A stretch of 64,000 bases of DNA, taken from positions 11,705-75,704 of the forward strand of contig CAZRGC010000004.1 of the NCBI GenBank assembly GCA_964599625.1, in the 5' to 3' direction. Under the pieces are notes generated by a model. That model ran no database searches. It was not told the origin of the DNA and saw only the letters and a list, made by a program, of their open reading frames with translations. Below, one piece after another: positions 1-10,317 of the stretch. A program made the position numbers and the translations under genes. This stretch comes from an uncultured Gammaproteobacteria bacterium (GTDB taxonomy: Bacteria; Patescibacteriota; Microgenomatia; UBA8517). Within the stretch, counting starts at the first letter, position 1. The number at the start of each line of letters is the position of its first letter.

Positions 1-148
1 GGTATTGAATGCACCAACAAAAGTTGTATGTACTCTAACAGAACCCGCCCCCAGAAAAGTTATGGAGGTGGCGCAGGTCAAACCGGTTTTGACCGAGGAC
101 AAAGATCGCGATATAATCAAGGTAGCCGAGGAGATTTTCGGCAACTAA
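1..148 (+). CDS. dnaX: 3' end of a CDS entering the window, probably DNA polymerase III gamma/tau C-terminus (partial)
   Basis: Frame from position 2 reads VLNAPTKVVCTLTEP...DIIKVAEEIFGN to TAA at 146-148. Identity inferred only from the conserved dnaX-ybaB-recR gene order. Confidence 0.5.
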   Translation, partial: VLNAPTKVVCTLTEPAPRKVMEVAQVKPVLTEDKDRDIIKVAEEIFGN

Positions 149-150
149 AT

Positions 151-432
151 ATGTTCGACAAATTTAAACAACTAGGACAGCTCAACGATATGCGCAAAAA
201 AGCGCAGGAACTCCAAAAAGAGCTGGAAAAAATAATTGAAACTTTGGAAAAGAACGGCTGGTCTGTTTCTGTCACTGGGGATCAAAAAATTAGGTATATC
301 AAAAAAGACGGTCAGGATATGAAAGAGCTGGTTGATTTGATTAATGAAGCAATGAAAAAAGTTCAAAAAGAATCCGCCAAAAAGATGATGGAAATGGGTG
401 GCGGCCTTGGCGGGCTTTTGGGACTTAAATAA
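151..432 (+). CDS. ybaB: YbaB/EbfC nucleoid-associated protein
   Basis: MFDKFKQLGQLNDMRKKAQELQKEL...VSVTGDQKI...INEAMKK...MGGGLGG. ATG at 151 follows the upstream stop; lies near recR. Confidence 0.8.
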   Translation: MFDKFKQLGQLNDMRKKAQELQKELEKIIETLEKNGWSVSVTGDQKIRYIKKDGQDMKELVDLINEAMKKVQKESAKKMMEMGGGLGGLLGLK

Positions 433-492
433 CTTCAAAGGCAAAACTTCTTGATTAGTGAAAAAGCTTGTACATTTGTCTAAAATGTATTT

Positions 493-1875
493 GTGGACCG
501 CTCAAAAATATTTAAGATCGCCTCGACGCTAGTTATTTTTATAGGAGCTGTAATTGGTGTTTATCTTGTAGGAATAAAAACAGGTTTTATCAATAAAGCC
601 TCGGGTGTTGCTGCTGATATAGTTGTCGATGCAGGAAATACTTTCAAAAATCCGGGAGATTGTTGGAGAAATTTGGCCCAAGGTGGAGAGTCGGGGCAGC
701 GGATGCTTTCCGGAGTCATACCCCAAGTTAAAAAATTAGGACCAAATTACATTAGGATTGATCACATTTTTGACCACTACGAACTTGTGTCCAAAGACGG
801 CGGCGGCAATATTAATCTTAATTGGACAAAATTGGACGAAACTGTAAATGACATTAGAGCCACAGGGGCGACTCCTTTTTTGAGCCTTTCTTACATGCCG
901 ATTCCGCTTTCTGCAGACGGAACTGTTACAGGAAAACCTGCCAATTGGTCTGACTGGGAGTATTTGGTTCAAAAAACAATTGAACACTACAGTGGCACAT
1001 TGGGTATTTCGGGAGTCTATTACGAAGTTTGGAACGAACCTGATTTATTTGGAGAATTTAAAAACGGAGGAGCCAAAAGCTATCCAGAACTTTATGTCCA
1101 CAGTGTAAACGCAGCTTCCAGGGCGGCGGGGGTAAAGTATTTTAAGATTGGCGGACCGGGAACATCGGGCCTTTATAAAAACTGGATAGAGACGATGCTT
1201 AATCTAACACAGAACAAAAATGTAAGAGTGGATTTTCTGTCGTGGCACAACTATTACATGGATGCAGACCGTTACGACAAAGATATACAAAACATATTTA
1301 ATTGGATTTCTTCACACCCTGAATATGTGGATATAGAACTAGTCGTTTCGGAAATGGGAATCGATCCCAAAAATAATTCCGCGTACGACGGAAACTTGTC
1401 CGCGATAAATACAATATCTGCCGTTACTGCCCTGCAAGGCAACGTAAACAAATGTTTTACTTTTGAAATAATTGATGGTGAGGGTCCGTCTAAATTTTGG
1501 GGAAGATGGGGGATTTTAACTCATGGTAAATTCGGTGCACCGGAAGAAAAGCCCAGGTACCGTGCATTGCAATTTTTGAATAGAATGCAAGGCGATCGCA
1601 TATCGGTTAGGGGCTCGGGAAGTTGGGTCAAAGCTTTTGGTCGTCATGATGGAAAGAACCTTAGAGTTTTGGTTAGCAATTACGCCCCCGACGGACATCA
1701 GGAAGCGGTTCCTTTGAAACTTATAAATATTCCCTATAAAAAGTTTTCGGTTAAAACATTAAGATTTTTGGGTGCAACATCCACACAGTCTGTGGAAATT
1801 GATGGTGATAGTTGGAGTACCGAATTAGGGATGTCTCCAAATACCGCCGTAATAGTTGAAGTAACTCCAGAATGA
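493..1875 (+). CDS. Membrane-anchored GH39-like glycoside hydrolase (clan GH-A)
   Basis: N-terminal TM; YYEVWNEPD acid/base motif, IGGP, DFLSWHNY, LVVSE nucleophile region. Confidence 0.8.
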   Translation: MDRSKIFKIASTLVIFIGAVIGVYLVGIKTGFINKASGVAADIVVDAGNTFKNPGDCWRNLAQGGESGQRMLSGVIPQVKKLGPNYIRIDHIFDHYELVSKDGGGNINLNWTKLDETVNDIRATGATPFLSLSYMPIPLSADGTVTGKPANWSDWEYLVQKTIEHYSGTLGISGVYYEVWNEPDLFGEFKNGGAKSYPELYVHSVNAASRAAGVKYFKIGGPGTSGLYKNWIETMLNLTQNKNVRVDFLSWHNYYMDADRYDKDIQNIFNWISSHPEYVDIELVVSEMGIDPKNNSAYDGNLSAINTISAVTALQGNVNKCFTFEIIDGEGPSKFWGRWGILTHGKFGAPEEKPRYRALQFLNRMQGDRISVRGSGSWVKAFGRHDGKNLRVLVSNYAPDGHQEAVPLKLINIPYKKFSVKTLRFLGATSTQSVEIDGDSWSTELGMSPNTAVIVEVTPE

Positions 1876-1920
1876 TTGTAAATTAGAATGCTTAACAGAT
1901 ATACATACAAACGCTAATTT

Positions 1921-2532
1921 ATGAAAATCGCCAGACCAATCGCAGCCCTAATTGAATCTTTTGGAAAACTTCCCGGTATTGGCCCTAAAAGCGCGCAGAG
2001 GCTTACATATTATTTGTTGCATGTTCCGCAAACTCAACTCGATGACTTTGCAGAAGCTTTGGCCCGCATAAAAAAAGATACCAAGTTATGTGGAGTCTGT
2101 ATGAACATCTCCGATTCAGATCCCTGCTCGGTTTGTTCTGATTTGTCTCGTGACAAAGCACAAATTATGGTTGTAGAGCAGCCTTTGGATATTCTTGCGT
2201 TTGAAAGGACAGGTAAGTACCGCGGACTTTATCATGTTCTTCATGGGGCCATAAGCCCGCTGGAAAATATTGGTCCGGATGAAATTTACATTGATCAACT
2301 TTTTAAAAGATTAGAGTTGGGCGGGATAAACGAAATTATTGTTGCAACCAACCCCACAATGGAAGGCGAAGCAACAGCGCTTTATCTTTCAAAAAAAATC
2401 AAAGAGGATTTTACAAACGGAAAAAGTGTTTCTGTTAGCCGCTTGGGTATGGGTATTCCAACCGGTGCCGATTTAGAATATGCTGATGAAATGACATTAA
2501 CACAAGCCTTGAACGGAAGAAGAGAATTGTAA
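1921..2532 (+). CDS. recR: Recombination protein RecR
   Basis: LPGIGPKSAQRL HhH, C4 zinc finger, YHVLHGAISP, ATNPTMEGEATA Toprim. Confidence 0.97.
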   Translation: MKIARPIAALIESFGKLPGIGPKSAQRLTYYLLHVPQTQLDDFAEALARIKKDTKLCGVCMNISDSDPCSVCSDLSRDKAQIMVVEQPLDILAFERTGKYRGLYHVLHGAISPLENIGPDEIYIDQLFKRLELGGINEIIVATNPTMEGEATALYLSKKIKEDFTNGKSVSVSRLGMGIPTGADLEYADEMTLTQALNGRREL

Positions 2533-2540
2533 CTAATCAA

Positions 2541-3104
2541 ATGCAGCAAAATCCCGCCCAAAAAGCCGTGAGTGGTGCAAAGGCACTTGCACAACAGATT
2601 GCAAAGCAAATCAATGACGAGTCACAAGAGGTATTAAGAACAGCGGCAAGTCAGGTGACAGGTAACGAAAAAGTCAGATCCAACGAGCAAGCACAGCAGA
2701 CTCCGCGCTCATCCGACGAACAAGCAAAACTTATAGCCCACCAACAGGAGCTTCAGGACAGGATGAAAAGCAGCAGGATGATGGACGCTTTTAAAAGAGA
2801 ACTGGATGATATAAGGAAGCAGGATGTTTTTAAGACTTTGCAAAGGAAAATTGCAGAAGGCGAGGAGCCGCCACTCACAGATTATCAAGAGCTTTCTATG
2901 GAACAAAGACAAGTGTTAAAAGCTCAATTGGAAGCGGCAATTTATCAAAAGAAGCAACGGGAATACCAAAAGTCATTGGAGTCTAAACCTTTGTTTGGTG
3001 GTTCCAAGAAAGGTCGTAAACAAGGTGGGGGTGGTAAAGGTCAAAAGGGTGAAATGGAAAAGCAACAAACAAGGGTTGAAAAACCGGTCCCTCCCTCGGG
3101 TTAA
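2541..3104 (+). CDS. Hypothetical Gln/Lys-rich protein
   Basis: 187-aa ORF 8 bp after recR, same strand. Confidence 0.7.
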   Translation: MQQNPAQKAVSGAKALAQQIAKQINDESQEVLRTAASQVTGNEKVRSNEQAQQTPRSSDEQAKLIAHQQELQDRMKSSRMMDAFKRELDDIRKQDVFKTLQRKIAEGEEPPLTDYQELSMEQRQVLKAQLEAAIYQKKQREYQKSLESKPLFGGSKKGRKQGGGGKGQKGEMEKQQTRVEKPVPPSG

Positions 3105-3110
3105 AGTTTA

Positions 3111-3149
3111 AAAAAACCGAGGCGGGAAATTTTTTATTTTTCCCGCCTC
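3111..3149. terminator. Intrinsic terminator between convergent genes
   Basis: GAGGCGGGAAA (3119-3129) pairs with TTTCCCGCCTC (3139-3149); flanking A-run reads as a U-tract on the minus strand. Confidence 0.7.
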
Positions 3150-3157
3150 AGAGGCAA

Positions 3158-4063
3158 TTATTTGGCAAGCATTTCAGCAACATTAAGGTTTATCATTTCA
3201 CTTTGGACAGGTGTAAAAATGGATCCCCAGGGTTGCCCGAAATGGTGCATCTCGCTCCACATTATGTTGTAACTGGGATTGTAGTACGAAAAAAGCGGCC
3301 GACCGTTACAACTTCCCACCTGATATACCGGAGGGTTTTCCACTTTTGCTACGGCAGCTTTCAAAATATCCGGCTGATCATCGGCAAACCAGAGTTCGTT
3401 GTTTGGAAGGGATTCGGGGTTGCGATATGCCGGGTAGCCGTCATCCAAACCAAAGATATGGCCCATTTCGTGGGATACAACAAGATCTATGTTTGCGGTG
3501 TTTGCGGATATTGTTATTTCGTAATCGTAGGCGCTTGCAAAGGCTTCGTTTGAGTTGATTACAAATACAATAACTGCATGATCGGCTCTCGAATCAATCC
3601 TTTCTTTGAACGCATAAAATTCGTCCCAGTTCAGAAAGTTTGCAGAGTACTGCAGTAGGTTGATGCCGATGGGAATAGATCTGTCTATATACCCAAAATC
3701 CAGGTTGACGTCACCAAAGTTGGCCTTGATACCTTTGGTCAGTTCGGAGATTGTCTTGTCCGCCGCGCCTTCAGAAAACCCGACGGGCGCAAAAATAATT
3801 GCAAAATTATTTTCGGAAAAGTTTTCCTGGCCGACAATATTGAAATCCATCGTCTTTACCTGTTCAAGGTCGCCCTGTGCAATTATTTTGACAGCTTCTG
3901 GCGGAATTGGTGTGCCTGCAGCCGACTGGTCAACAAGATTGGAACTCGGCGTGATTGCGCAATAGTCATAGAGCTCAGACAAAGTTCTTGTGGCCTGTGC
4001 AGACGGGGCACAGGCTGTGAGGAACAGTAATCCGGTAAGGAAGATTTGGGCAAATTTCTTCAT
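3158..4063 (-). CDS. Lipoprotein zinc metallopeptidase (metzincin/M64-like)
   Basis: Lipobox LTAC; HEMGHIFGLDD zinc motif; downstream NIM Met-turn. Confidence 0.75.
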   Translation of the reverse strand: MKKFAQIFLTGLLFLTACAPSAQATRTLSELYDYCAITPSSNLVDQSAAGTPIPPEAVKIIAQGDLEQVKTMDFNIVGQENFSENNFAIIFAPVGFSEGAADKTISELTKGIKANFGDVNLDFGYIDRSIPIGINLLQYSANFLNWDEFYAFKERIDSRADHAVIVFVINSNEAFASAYDYEITISANTANIDLVVSHEMGHIFGLDDGYPAYRNPESLPNNELWFADDQPDILKAAVAKVENPPVYQVGSCNGRPLFSYYNPSYNIMWSEMHHFGQPWGSIFTPVQSEMINLNVAEMLAK

Positions 4064-4206
4064 TGTTCATCCTTTTGATGTTAATGATCTTGCGAAGATG
4101 GAATTATACCATATTATAGGCTGGAAATATGTTCGCTGATGATTTTTGTCCACAAACTGCTAGAATTTAATTCGAAATACTTATTTTCATAATACATATT
4201 TTCATA

Positions 4207-5616
4207 ATGGATATTTGTTTGACAAATACAGTTTCTCGGAAAAAAGAAAAATTTGAACCCATCAAACTTCCAAATGTGGGAATGTATACCTGTGGCATGA
4301 CTGTTTATGACTATGCGCACATTGGACACGGAAGAAAATATGTGACAGACGATGTTCTCAAAAGAGTTTTGACTTTTGGAGGATACAAAGTTAATCATGT
4401 TCAAAATGTTACGGATGTCGGGCATTTGGTGTCCGATGGTGACGAGGGTGAAGACAAACTTGAAAAAGGTGCCACAAAACAAGGAAAAACAGTTTGGGAA
4501 GTGGCTGAATTTTTTACAAAAAACTTCTACGACTCAATGGATGCGCTCAATATCATTCGCCCGAACGTAATTTGCAAAGCCACTGACAATATTCCTGAAC
4601 AGATAGAAATGGTAAGAAAGCTTGTGGAAAAAGGTTTTGCCTACGATACTGTCGAAGCTGTTTATTTTGATGTCGCAAAGTTTCCCAAGTACGGTGAAGC
4701 CTTTGGTCAAAAGCTTTCCGAAAAACAAGTTGGGGTTCGCGAGGAGGTCAAGACTGATGAAAACAAACGCAATCCCCAGGACTTTGCGCTTTGGTTCAAA
4801 AGAGTTGGCAGATTCGAAAATCACACTATGCATTGGGATTCTCCTTGGGGCGACGGGTTTCCGGGTTGGCACATCGAGTGCTCTGCGATGAGCGTCAAAT
4901 ACTTAGGTGAACAGTTTGACATACACACAGGCGGAGAAGACCATATAAGCGTTCATCACCCCAACGAAATTGCACAAACTGAAGCGGCAACCGGAAAAGA
5001 ACCCTTTGTAAAATACTGGCTACACACCGCATTTCTAATGGTGGACGGAAAGAAGATGAGTAAGAGTCTTGGCAATTTCTATACCATTGAAGATGTGGTT
5101 AAAAAGGGAATATATCCTATGGCACTCAGATACTTATACCTGACCGCACACTACAGAGATCCAATGAATTTTACATGGGAAAGTTTGGAGGGGGCTCAAA
5201 GTGCGCTCGTTAGGCTTTGGAAAATCGTATCAGAACTTAGGAGCGAAAATGATAGAACGGTTTTGTCTGACGAAAAAATGAGCAAATTGGAAGAGTACAG
5301 AAATCGATTCCTTGATTCAGTTAACGATGATTTAAATACACCCAAAGCAATAGGTGTGTTGTGGGAAGTGGTCAAAAGCAACGTTCCTTCAACAGACAAG
5401 CTTGGTTTTTTGGATATGGCAAACGAAACATTGGGTCTTTGGCGGGAGAGTGATTTGGAAAAGATTGCAGCCCAAAAAGAAATCCCCGACGATATAAAAA
5501 AGCTTTTACAAAAAAGAGAGGATTTGCGTTTGCAAAAGAATTTTGAAGAAGCGGATAAAATCCGTGATGAAATTATATCTAAGGGCTTTGATGTTTCCGA
5601 CACCTCTGCAAAATGA
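4207..5616 (+). CDS. cysS: Cysteine--tRNA ligase
   Basis: [15 protein letters not shown] (HIGH), [15 protein letters not shown]. Confidence 0.98.
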   Translation: MDICLTNTVSRKKEKFEPIKLPNVGMYTCGMTVYDYAHIGHGRKYVTDDVLKRVLTFGGYKVNHVQNVTDVGHLVSDGDEGEDKLEKGATKQGKTVWEVAEFFTKNFYDSMDALNIIRPNVICKATDNIPEQIEMVRKLVEKGFAYDTVEAVYFDVAKFPKYGEAFGQKLSEKQVGVREEVKTDENKRNPQDFALWFKRVGRFENHTMHWDSPWGDGFPGWHIECSAMSVKYLGEQFDIHTGGEDHISVHHPNEIAQTEAATGKEPFVKYWLHTAFLMVDGKKMSKSLGNFYTIEDVVKKGIYPMALRYLYLTAHYRDPMNFTWESLEGAQSALVRLWKIVSELRSENDRTVLSDEKMSKLEEYRNRFLDSVNDDLNTPKAIGVLWEVVKSNVPSTDKLGFLDMANETLGLWRESDLEKIAAQKEIPDDIKKLLQKREDLRLQKNFEEADKIRDEIISKGFDVSDTSAK

Positions 5617-6260
5617 AAGTAACCGCTGTTATTTTTGATTTAAACGGTACAGTTTTAGACGATGAGGATCAATATGGCCTGGCATTCAATAAAATTTTGA
5701 GAAGTTTGGGTATAGACGCAAACAAAGAAATTCCTCAGACTTTGGGAATTGGAGTCAAGGAAAACTGGCCCCTCCTTATTGAAAAATATAATATAAAGAC
5801 AGATAAAACCCCGGAAGTCTTGGCACACGAAACGCAGGAGGCATATCTTGATCAGATAACAGGAATAAATGTAAGAACTGGTTTCGAGGAATTTGCAGAA
5901 GGGTTAAAAGATTCAGGTATAAAAATTGCACTTGCTACCAGTAACACCTGGGAAGTGGTTGACAAGATTTTATCCAAAGTCGAACTCGATAACTATTTTG
6001 AGGAAATAACAACTGCCGACGAAGTTGCCTATACAAAACCCGACCCCGATCTTTTTTTGCTCTCTGCTGACAAGCTGGGGGTGGAGAGGTCTGAGTGTTT
6101 GGTTGTCGAAGATGCTGTGAGCGGTGTTACCGCTGCACACCGGGCGGGTATGAAAGTTGTAGCAATATCACGGGATGACAATGTCGAACTTCTGAAAGAG
6201 GCAGACTTGGTTGTAGAAGGCTTTTCAGAACTTTCACCAAAGGTTTTGGCGGAGTTGTAA
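5613..6260 (+). CDS. HAD-family phosphatase (beta-PGM-like)
   Basis: FDLNGT, LATS, KPDPD, VEDA motifs. The second Asp of DxD is Asn. Confidence 0.85.
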   Translation: MKVTAVIFDLNGTVLDDEDQYGLAFNKILRSLGIDANKEIPQTLGIGVKENWPLLIEKYNIKTDKTPEVLAHETQEAYLDQITGINVRTGFEEFAEGLKDSGIKIALATSNTWEVVDKILSKVELDNYFEEITTADEVAYTKPDPDLFLLSADKLGVERSECLVVEDAVSGVTAAHRAGMKVVAISRDDNVELLKEADLVVEGFSELSPKVLAEL

Positions 6261-6329
6261 ATAAAGAAAATATTGTAATTGCACTTTCAGTCATTGTATT
6301 ATGGTTTGTATACTATATATACTTAATCC

Positions 6330-7034
6330 ATGCCTACTCAAACAGATCAAAAATCTCCATTCGAAATAGTTACGCCCGCAAAATCAAAAAAGACAGGTAA
6401 TAAGGGTTTGATTGTTGCAATCTTGATTGTGGTTTTTCTTATTTTGAGCGTTGTTGCGGGTGTCCTTTTGGTAAAACAAAGACAAAATATTTCGGAGAAG
6501 GCGGCAGCAAACCTATGTCCTGCTGCTGAGGCCTGTCCCGTTACGACACAAAGAACACTTTTGCGAAATTGTCATCCTCCCGAGAGCGACGGCAGTCCCG
6601 CTGAAAGCCTTTGTAACGTTAGGGGAAGGGTTGAGTTTTGTGGCACTCAAAATTATTGTTGTCCTGGACCCAATCAGCCTTGGACAACAGACATGACTGC
6701 ATGTGCAACACCAACACCCAGTCCTACACCCACCGCGACTCCAACGCCTAGCCCAACCCCCACACATACCGCAACTCCTGCTGCAACCGCAACACCAACA
6801 GGAACCGCAACTCCTGCTGCAACCGCAACACCAACAGGAACAGGAACACCAAAAGCGACTGCGACTGCAACTGCCACAGCAAAACCAACAGCCAGTGCAA
6901 CCGCCACACCTGCGCCAACAACAGCATCTGCAACAGCCATGCCTATTCCAGTAACCGGAACAGATTGGCCAACGGTCGCAGCCGCAGCTTTGGGAATTGG
7001 CGTGATAATAGCATCTATACTAATTGCCCTCTAA
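6330..7034 (+). CDS. Surface protein: N-terminal TM, Cys-rich domain, Pro/Thr/Ala linker, C-terminal IPVTG plus TM
   Basis: Translated sequence; LPxTG-like motif followed by a hydrophobic tail. Confidence 0.75.
   Translation: MPTQTDQKSPFEIVTPAKSKKTGNKGLIVAILIVVFLILSVVAGVLLVKQRQNISEKAAANLCPAAEACPVTTQRTLLRNCHPPESDGSPAESLCNVRGRVEFCGTQNYCCPGPNQPWTTDMTACATPTPSPTPTATPTPSPTPTHTATPAATATPTGTATPAATATPTGTGTPKATATATATAKPTASATATPAPTTASATAMPIPVTGTDWPTVAAAALGIGVIIASILIAL
6768..6839 (+). repeat. Tandem 36-bp direct repeat (2 copies) in the PT linker
   Basis: ACCGCAACTCCTGCTGCAACCGCAACACCAACAGGA at 6768-6803 and 6804-6839. Confidence 0.9.
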
Positions 7035-7096
7035 GTAATTGGCTACAATTCGCTTCAAATACGGTATTTTGTTGACTCTCTACAATAGAAGTTAAT

Positions 7097-7420
7097 TTAA
7101 CTTAATTTAATTTTTTTGAGGTTAAACTGTTTTACAACTATGCCTATGTGGTCAATAAGCGGGAAGTGGCTTCTTACCTCTTGTTGGAATTTTTCGGCTA
7201 AGCCTCCTGTATAACTGCTATAGCCTGCTTTTTCGGAAGTTTTACAAAGTCTATCTTCCCATTCATGGATAATGGCCATTATCTTTTCTCCTTCGTGATT
7301 GAACTCTTCCTGGTATTTGTCTTCGTCCATTCCGTAGTTCATATGGACCTTGGCAAAATTGTCAAAGATTTCTTTGTTTTCGGTAACCATCCTGTCATAG
7401 TACTCTTTGTATTTGGTCAT
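7097..7420 (-). CDS. Hypothetical protein
   Basis: 107-aa ORF with protein-like composition filling the gap. Confidence 0.7.
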   Translation of the reverse strand: MTKYKEYYDRMVTENKEIFDNFAKVHMNYGMDEDKYQEEFNHEGEKIMAIIHEWEDRLCKTSEKAGYSSYTGGLAEKFQQEVRSHFPLIDHIGIVVKQFNLKKIKLS

Positions 7421-7485
7421 GGCTCATTGTTATAAAAAATCAGGTTCAAATCAACTATTGATTTACAAAAAGTATAAGTCTAAGT

Positions 7486-7965
7486 TTAGTAGTTTTCTTT
7501 ACCGGGAGATCTTATTGTCCAGTCTTTTGCAAATGGAGTACCTTCAGTGGAAAGTCCCAGGTCTTTCATTCTTTTTATATATTCGGCTTCGTGATCTACT
7601 GGTTTGGGGCGGTCTGCTTCCATGCGTTTTATTATTTCTTCGCGTGTTTCATTGAACTTTGCTAGTGCTATCTGCCCCAATGTGTAGCCCGATTTATTTG
7701 GGTCGGGGATATTATGAAGCCAAAAAACAGGCGCATCTTCTTCCTTGTTATATCTCTTATATTCAGGACTCATCCTGGTTAGCCATGCGTTTGGATCTAC
7801 ACCTGTCAAAAGATATTCATATTCCAAAGGCATGAGTGTCTTGGCCAGTGTCATTTGTCTGGCACGGTCAAAAATCTCCATCACGCCTCCGTGGTTTTTA
7901 GCCTTGATTTGTACCTGGACTTCTTCAAATAATCTGTTGAATATGCGCCTGCTTGGATAACTCAT
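7486..7965 (-). CDS. Hypothetical protein
   Basis: Start moved to MSYPSRR (7965), 8 nt downstream of TAAAAT; this removes the overlap with the divergent gene. Confidence 0.6.
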   Translation of the reverse strand: MSYPSRRIFNRLFEEVQVQIKAKNHGGVMEIFDRARQMTLAKTLMPLEYEYLLTGVDPNAWLTRMSPEYKRYNKEEDAPVFWLHNIPDPNKSGYTLGQIALAKFNETREEIIKRMEADRPKPVDHEAEYIKRMKDLGLSTEGTPFAKDWTIRSPGKENY

Positions 7966-8041
7966 AGTGTTGGATTTTACTCCTTGGGATGCCTTTAAGT
8001 CAAAGTTCTGGACAGCTTCCAAAATAGTGTTAGAATTTGCC

Positions 8042-8659
8042 ATGAAAGAGTTGGGCTTCGAAAAACTTTTAGGAACTCCAAAAGAAGCCTTCGGTTTTTT
8101 GAAAAGCGTGTCGGTAGACGCTTCGCAAAGACTTTTTTATAGATTTTTTGCTGAGACTAATAACATTGATATCCCAAGTTTTCCACTTGGCGGTGAAGAA
8201 AATCTGGAACCTATACTTTCTTTTTTACCAAATGCGAGGGAGGGTTTTGCCTATGACCTCAGAAGCGATGAAATTACTCACGGACAAACCTCGGATATTT
8301 TGGCGATAACAACACCGGTAACGCTTAACGACCTGTTGACCGGACTGGAAATCAGAATCAAAAGAAAGGTGGAAAAGATGAATCCAAACCTGGCTTTGTA
8401 TCGTCACACAATTGCCACTTTATCGGTTCTTTCCGGACACGGAACTGTGGACAGAACTTCGTTTGCGAATGTGGGTGGAGGAATTTCTTATTGGCCAAGG
8501 GAACTGGACATTGAACATACTTGGGCTTTGATGGAAGAAATAGAAAATGCAACACGCGAAATGCTTTTGGATCCAAGCCCCACACACAATCAAAACTCCG
8601 CGGCCCGTGCTGCACACTTCTTTGCAGCTGGTGCTGTATTGGCAGAAAAATACAGGTAA
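8042..8659 (+). CDS. Hypothetical protein
   Basis: Start MKELGFEK, 5 nt after an extended -10 (TGTTAGAAT). Confidence 0.6.
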   Translation: MKELGFEKLLGTPKEAFGFLKSVSVDASQRLFYRFFAETNNIDIPSFPLGGEENLEPILSFLPNAREGFAYDLRSDEITHGQTSDILAITTPVTLNDLLTGLEIRIKRKVEKMNPNLALYRHTIATLSVLSGHGTVDRTSFANVGGGISYWPRELDIEHTWALMEEIENATREMLLDPSPTHNQNSAARAAHFFAAGAVLAEKYR

Positions 8660-8703
8660 AAATTAAGTCAATTTTCAGCTTCGGCGTATAATATCAACTT
8701 ACG

Positions 8704-9357
8704 ATGAAAGTTCTTGTAGTAGAAGACGAACATAAAATTGGGAGTTCAATCAAGCGTGGATTTGAACAAGAAAGCTGGGCAGTAGACCTGGCTTTTGACG
8801 GCGAAACAGGTTTTGATATGGCCATGTCTGAGAGCTACGATGTCATAGTTTTGGATTTGATGCTTCCCAAAATGAACGGCTTAGAAGTTTGCAAGAAATT
8901 GCGTTCAGAAGGAAAACACACACCAGTTCTTATGCTTACAGCAAAAGGTGAGATGGGTGACAAGATGGATGGATTTGATTCAGGAGCCGACGACTATCTA
9001 GTAAAACCCTTTGCATTCGAGGAGCTTTTGGCAAGGGTCAAGGCAATTGGGAGACGTCCACCCGTAATCAGAAAAAATGTTTTAACTTCGGGGGACGTTA
9101 GTTTGGACACCACAAATTTTGTGGTTAAAAAGTCCGGAAATGAAGTTGCTCTTTCCAAAAAAGAATATTCTCTTTTGGAATTCTTTATAAAAAACAAGGG
9201 GAAGGTTCTTAGTAAAGAAAGTATAATTTCTCACGTTTGGGATTATGATGCAGATATTCTTCCAAACACAATTGAGGTTTTTGTGGGCTACCTGCGCAAC
9301 AAACTTGGAAAAGACTTCATACAAACAGTAAGAGGGTTTGGTTATAAAATAAACTAG
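8704..9357 (+). CDS. OmpR-family response regulator
   Basis: VVEDE, LDLMLP, LTA, GADDYLVKPF, TVRGFGY. Confidence 0.95.
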   Translation: MKVLVVEDEHKIGSSIKRGFEQESWAVDLAFDGETGFDMAMSESYDVIVLDLMLPKMNGLEVCKKLRSEGKHTPVLMLTAKGEMGDKMDGFDSGADDYLVKPFAFEELLARVKAIGRRPPVIRKNVLTSGDVSLDTTNFVVKKSGNEVALSKKEYSLLEFFIKNKGKVLSKESIISHVWDYDADILPNTIEVFVGYLRNKLGKDFIQTVRGFGYKIN

Positions 9358-9358
9358 C

Positions 9359-10315
9359 ATGTTTAAAGAGGCTCGTATCAAGCTTACTTCCTGGTATTTG
9401 GCGATAATTATTACAATAAGTCTATCGTTTAGTTTTTTGATTTATACCAACATCAATAGAGAGCTGGTTAGAATCGAGAATTTTCAAAGGGCTAGAATCC
9501 AGAGGATAGTGGGTGGTTTTGACGGTATTTTTGCGCAAATTTCTCAGCCGGACTTGGATGCAATCGCTGATGCCCGTAAACGGATTATTTTTATACTAGC
9601 ACTTGTTAACTCATCCATTCTTCTTTTGGCAGGTGCCGGAGGCTACTTTTTGGCAGGAAGAACTTTGGATCCCATACGTAAAGTTGTAATTGGACAAAAA
9701 GATTTCGTGAGCAACGCTTCTCATGAGTTAAGAACACCTCTTACCACACTGAAAACCGAAATTGAAGTTGCTCTAAGGGATAAAAATCTTTCGCTTGCAG
9801 ATGCAAAAGCGTTGATCAAAAGTAATCTGGAAGAAGTGGAGAAAATCCAAAGACTTGCTAATTATCTTTTGAAACTCAATAAGTATGAATCGTCCCGCAA
9901 AATGGAGATGTCAAAAATCGACCTGAAAGATGTTGCCAATGAGGCAATCGGAAAATTGAAAGTTAAGAAGGATATTAAATCAAGTTTTGTTACAGGAAAC
10001 AAAGATGCTTTGGTAGAGCTTGTTTCGATACTTCTGGATAATGCTTTCAAATATAGTGGACCAAAGCATAGTGTTTCTGTGAATGTAGCAAAAAGAGTAA
10101 TTGAGGTTTCCGATAAGGGGATTGGAATTCCGGAGGAAGATATTCCTCATATTTTTGAAAGGTTCTATAGGGCCGAATCTTCCAGGTCCAAAAAGGACGT
10201 TGACGGATATGGGCTGGGTCTTCCGATTGCAAAAGAAATTGCAGACTTGCACGGAGCCACTCTGGAGGTGGACAGCGAAGTTGGCAAGGGAACGACAATG
10301 CGTGTTAAAATATAA
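9359..10315 (+). CDS. Sensor histidine kinase
   Basis: Two TMs; ASHELRTPL H-box, LLDNAFKY, DKGIG, GYGLGL. Confidence 0.95.
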   Translation: MFKEARIKLTSWYLAIIITISLSFSFLIYTNINRELVRIENFQRARIQRIVGGFDGIFAQISQPDLDAIADARKRIIFILALVNSSILLLAGAGGYFLAGRTLDPIRKVVIGQKDFVSNASHELRTPLTTLKTEIEVALRDKNLSLADAKALIKSNLEEVEKIQRLANYLLKLNKYESSRKMEMSKIDLKDVANEAIGKLKVKKDIKSSFVTGNKDALVELVSILLDNAFKYSGPKHSVSVNVAKRVIEVSDKGIGIPEEDIPHIFERFYRAESSRSKKDVDGYGLGLPIAKEIADLHGATLEVDSEVGKGTTMRVKI

Positions 10316-10317
10316 AT

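Noticed and set aside
28-150. N-terminal extension of ybaB in the ORF track
   Set aside because: It overlaps the upstream gene's frame ending at 148; the real start is ATG 151.
6700-6950. Repetitive DNA as a possible CRISPR array
   Set aside because: In-frame codon repeats of a Pro/Thr/Ala linker with no spacers; no cas genes in the window.
7967-8044. Apparent head-to-head overlap of two divergent genes at a shared CATG
   Set aside because: Resolved by starts at 7965 (-) and 8042 (+), each with its own adjacent -10 box.
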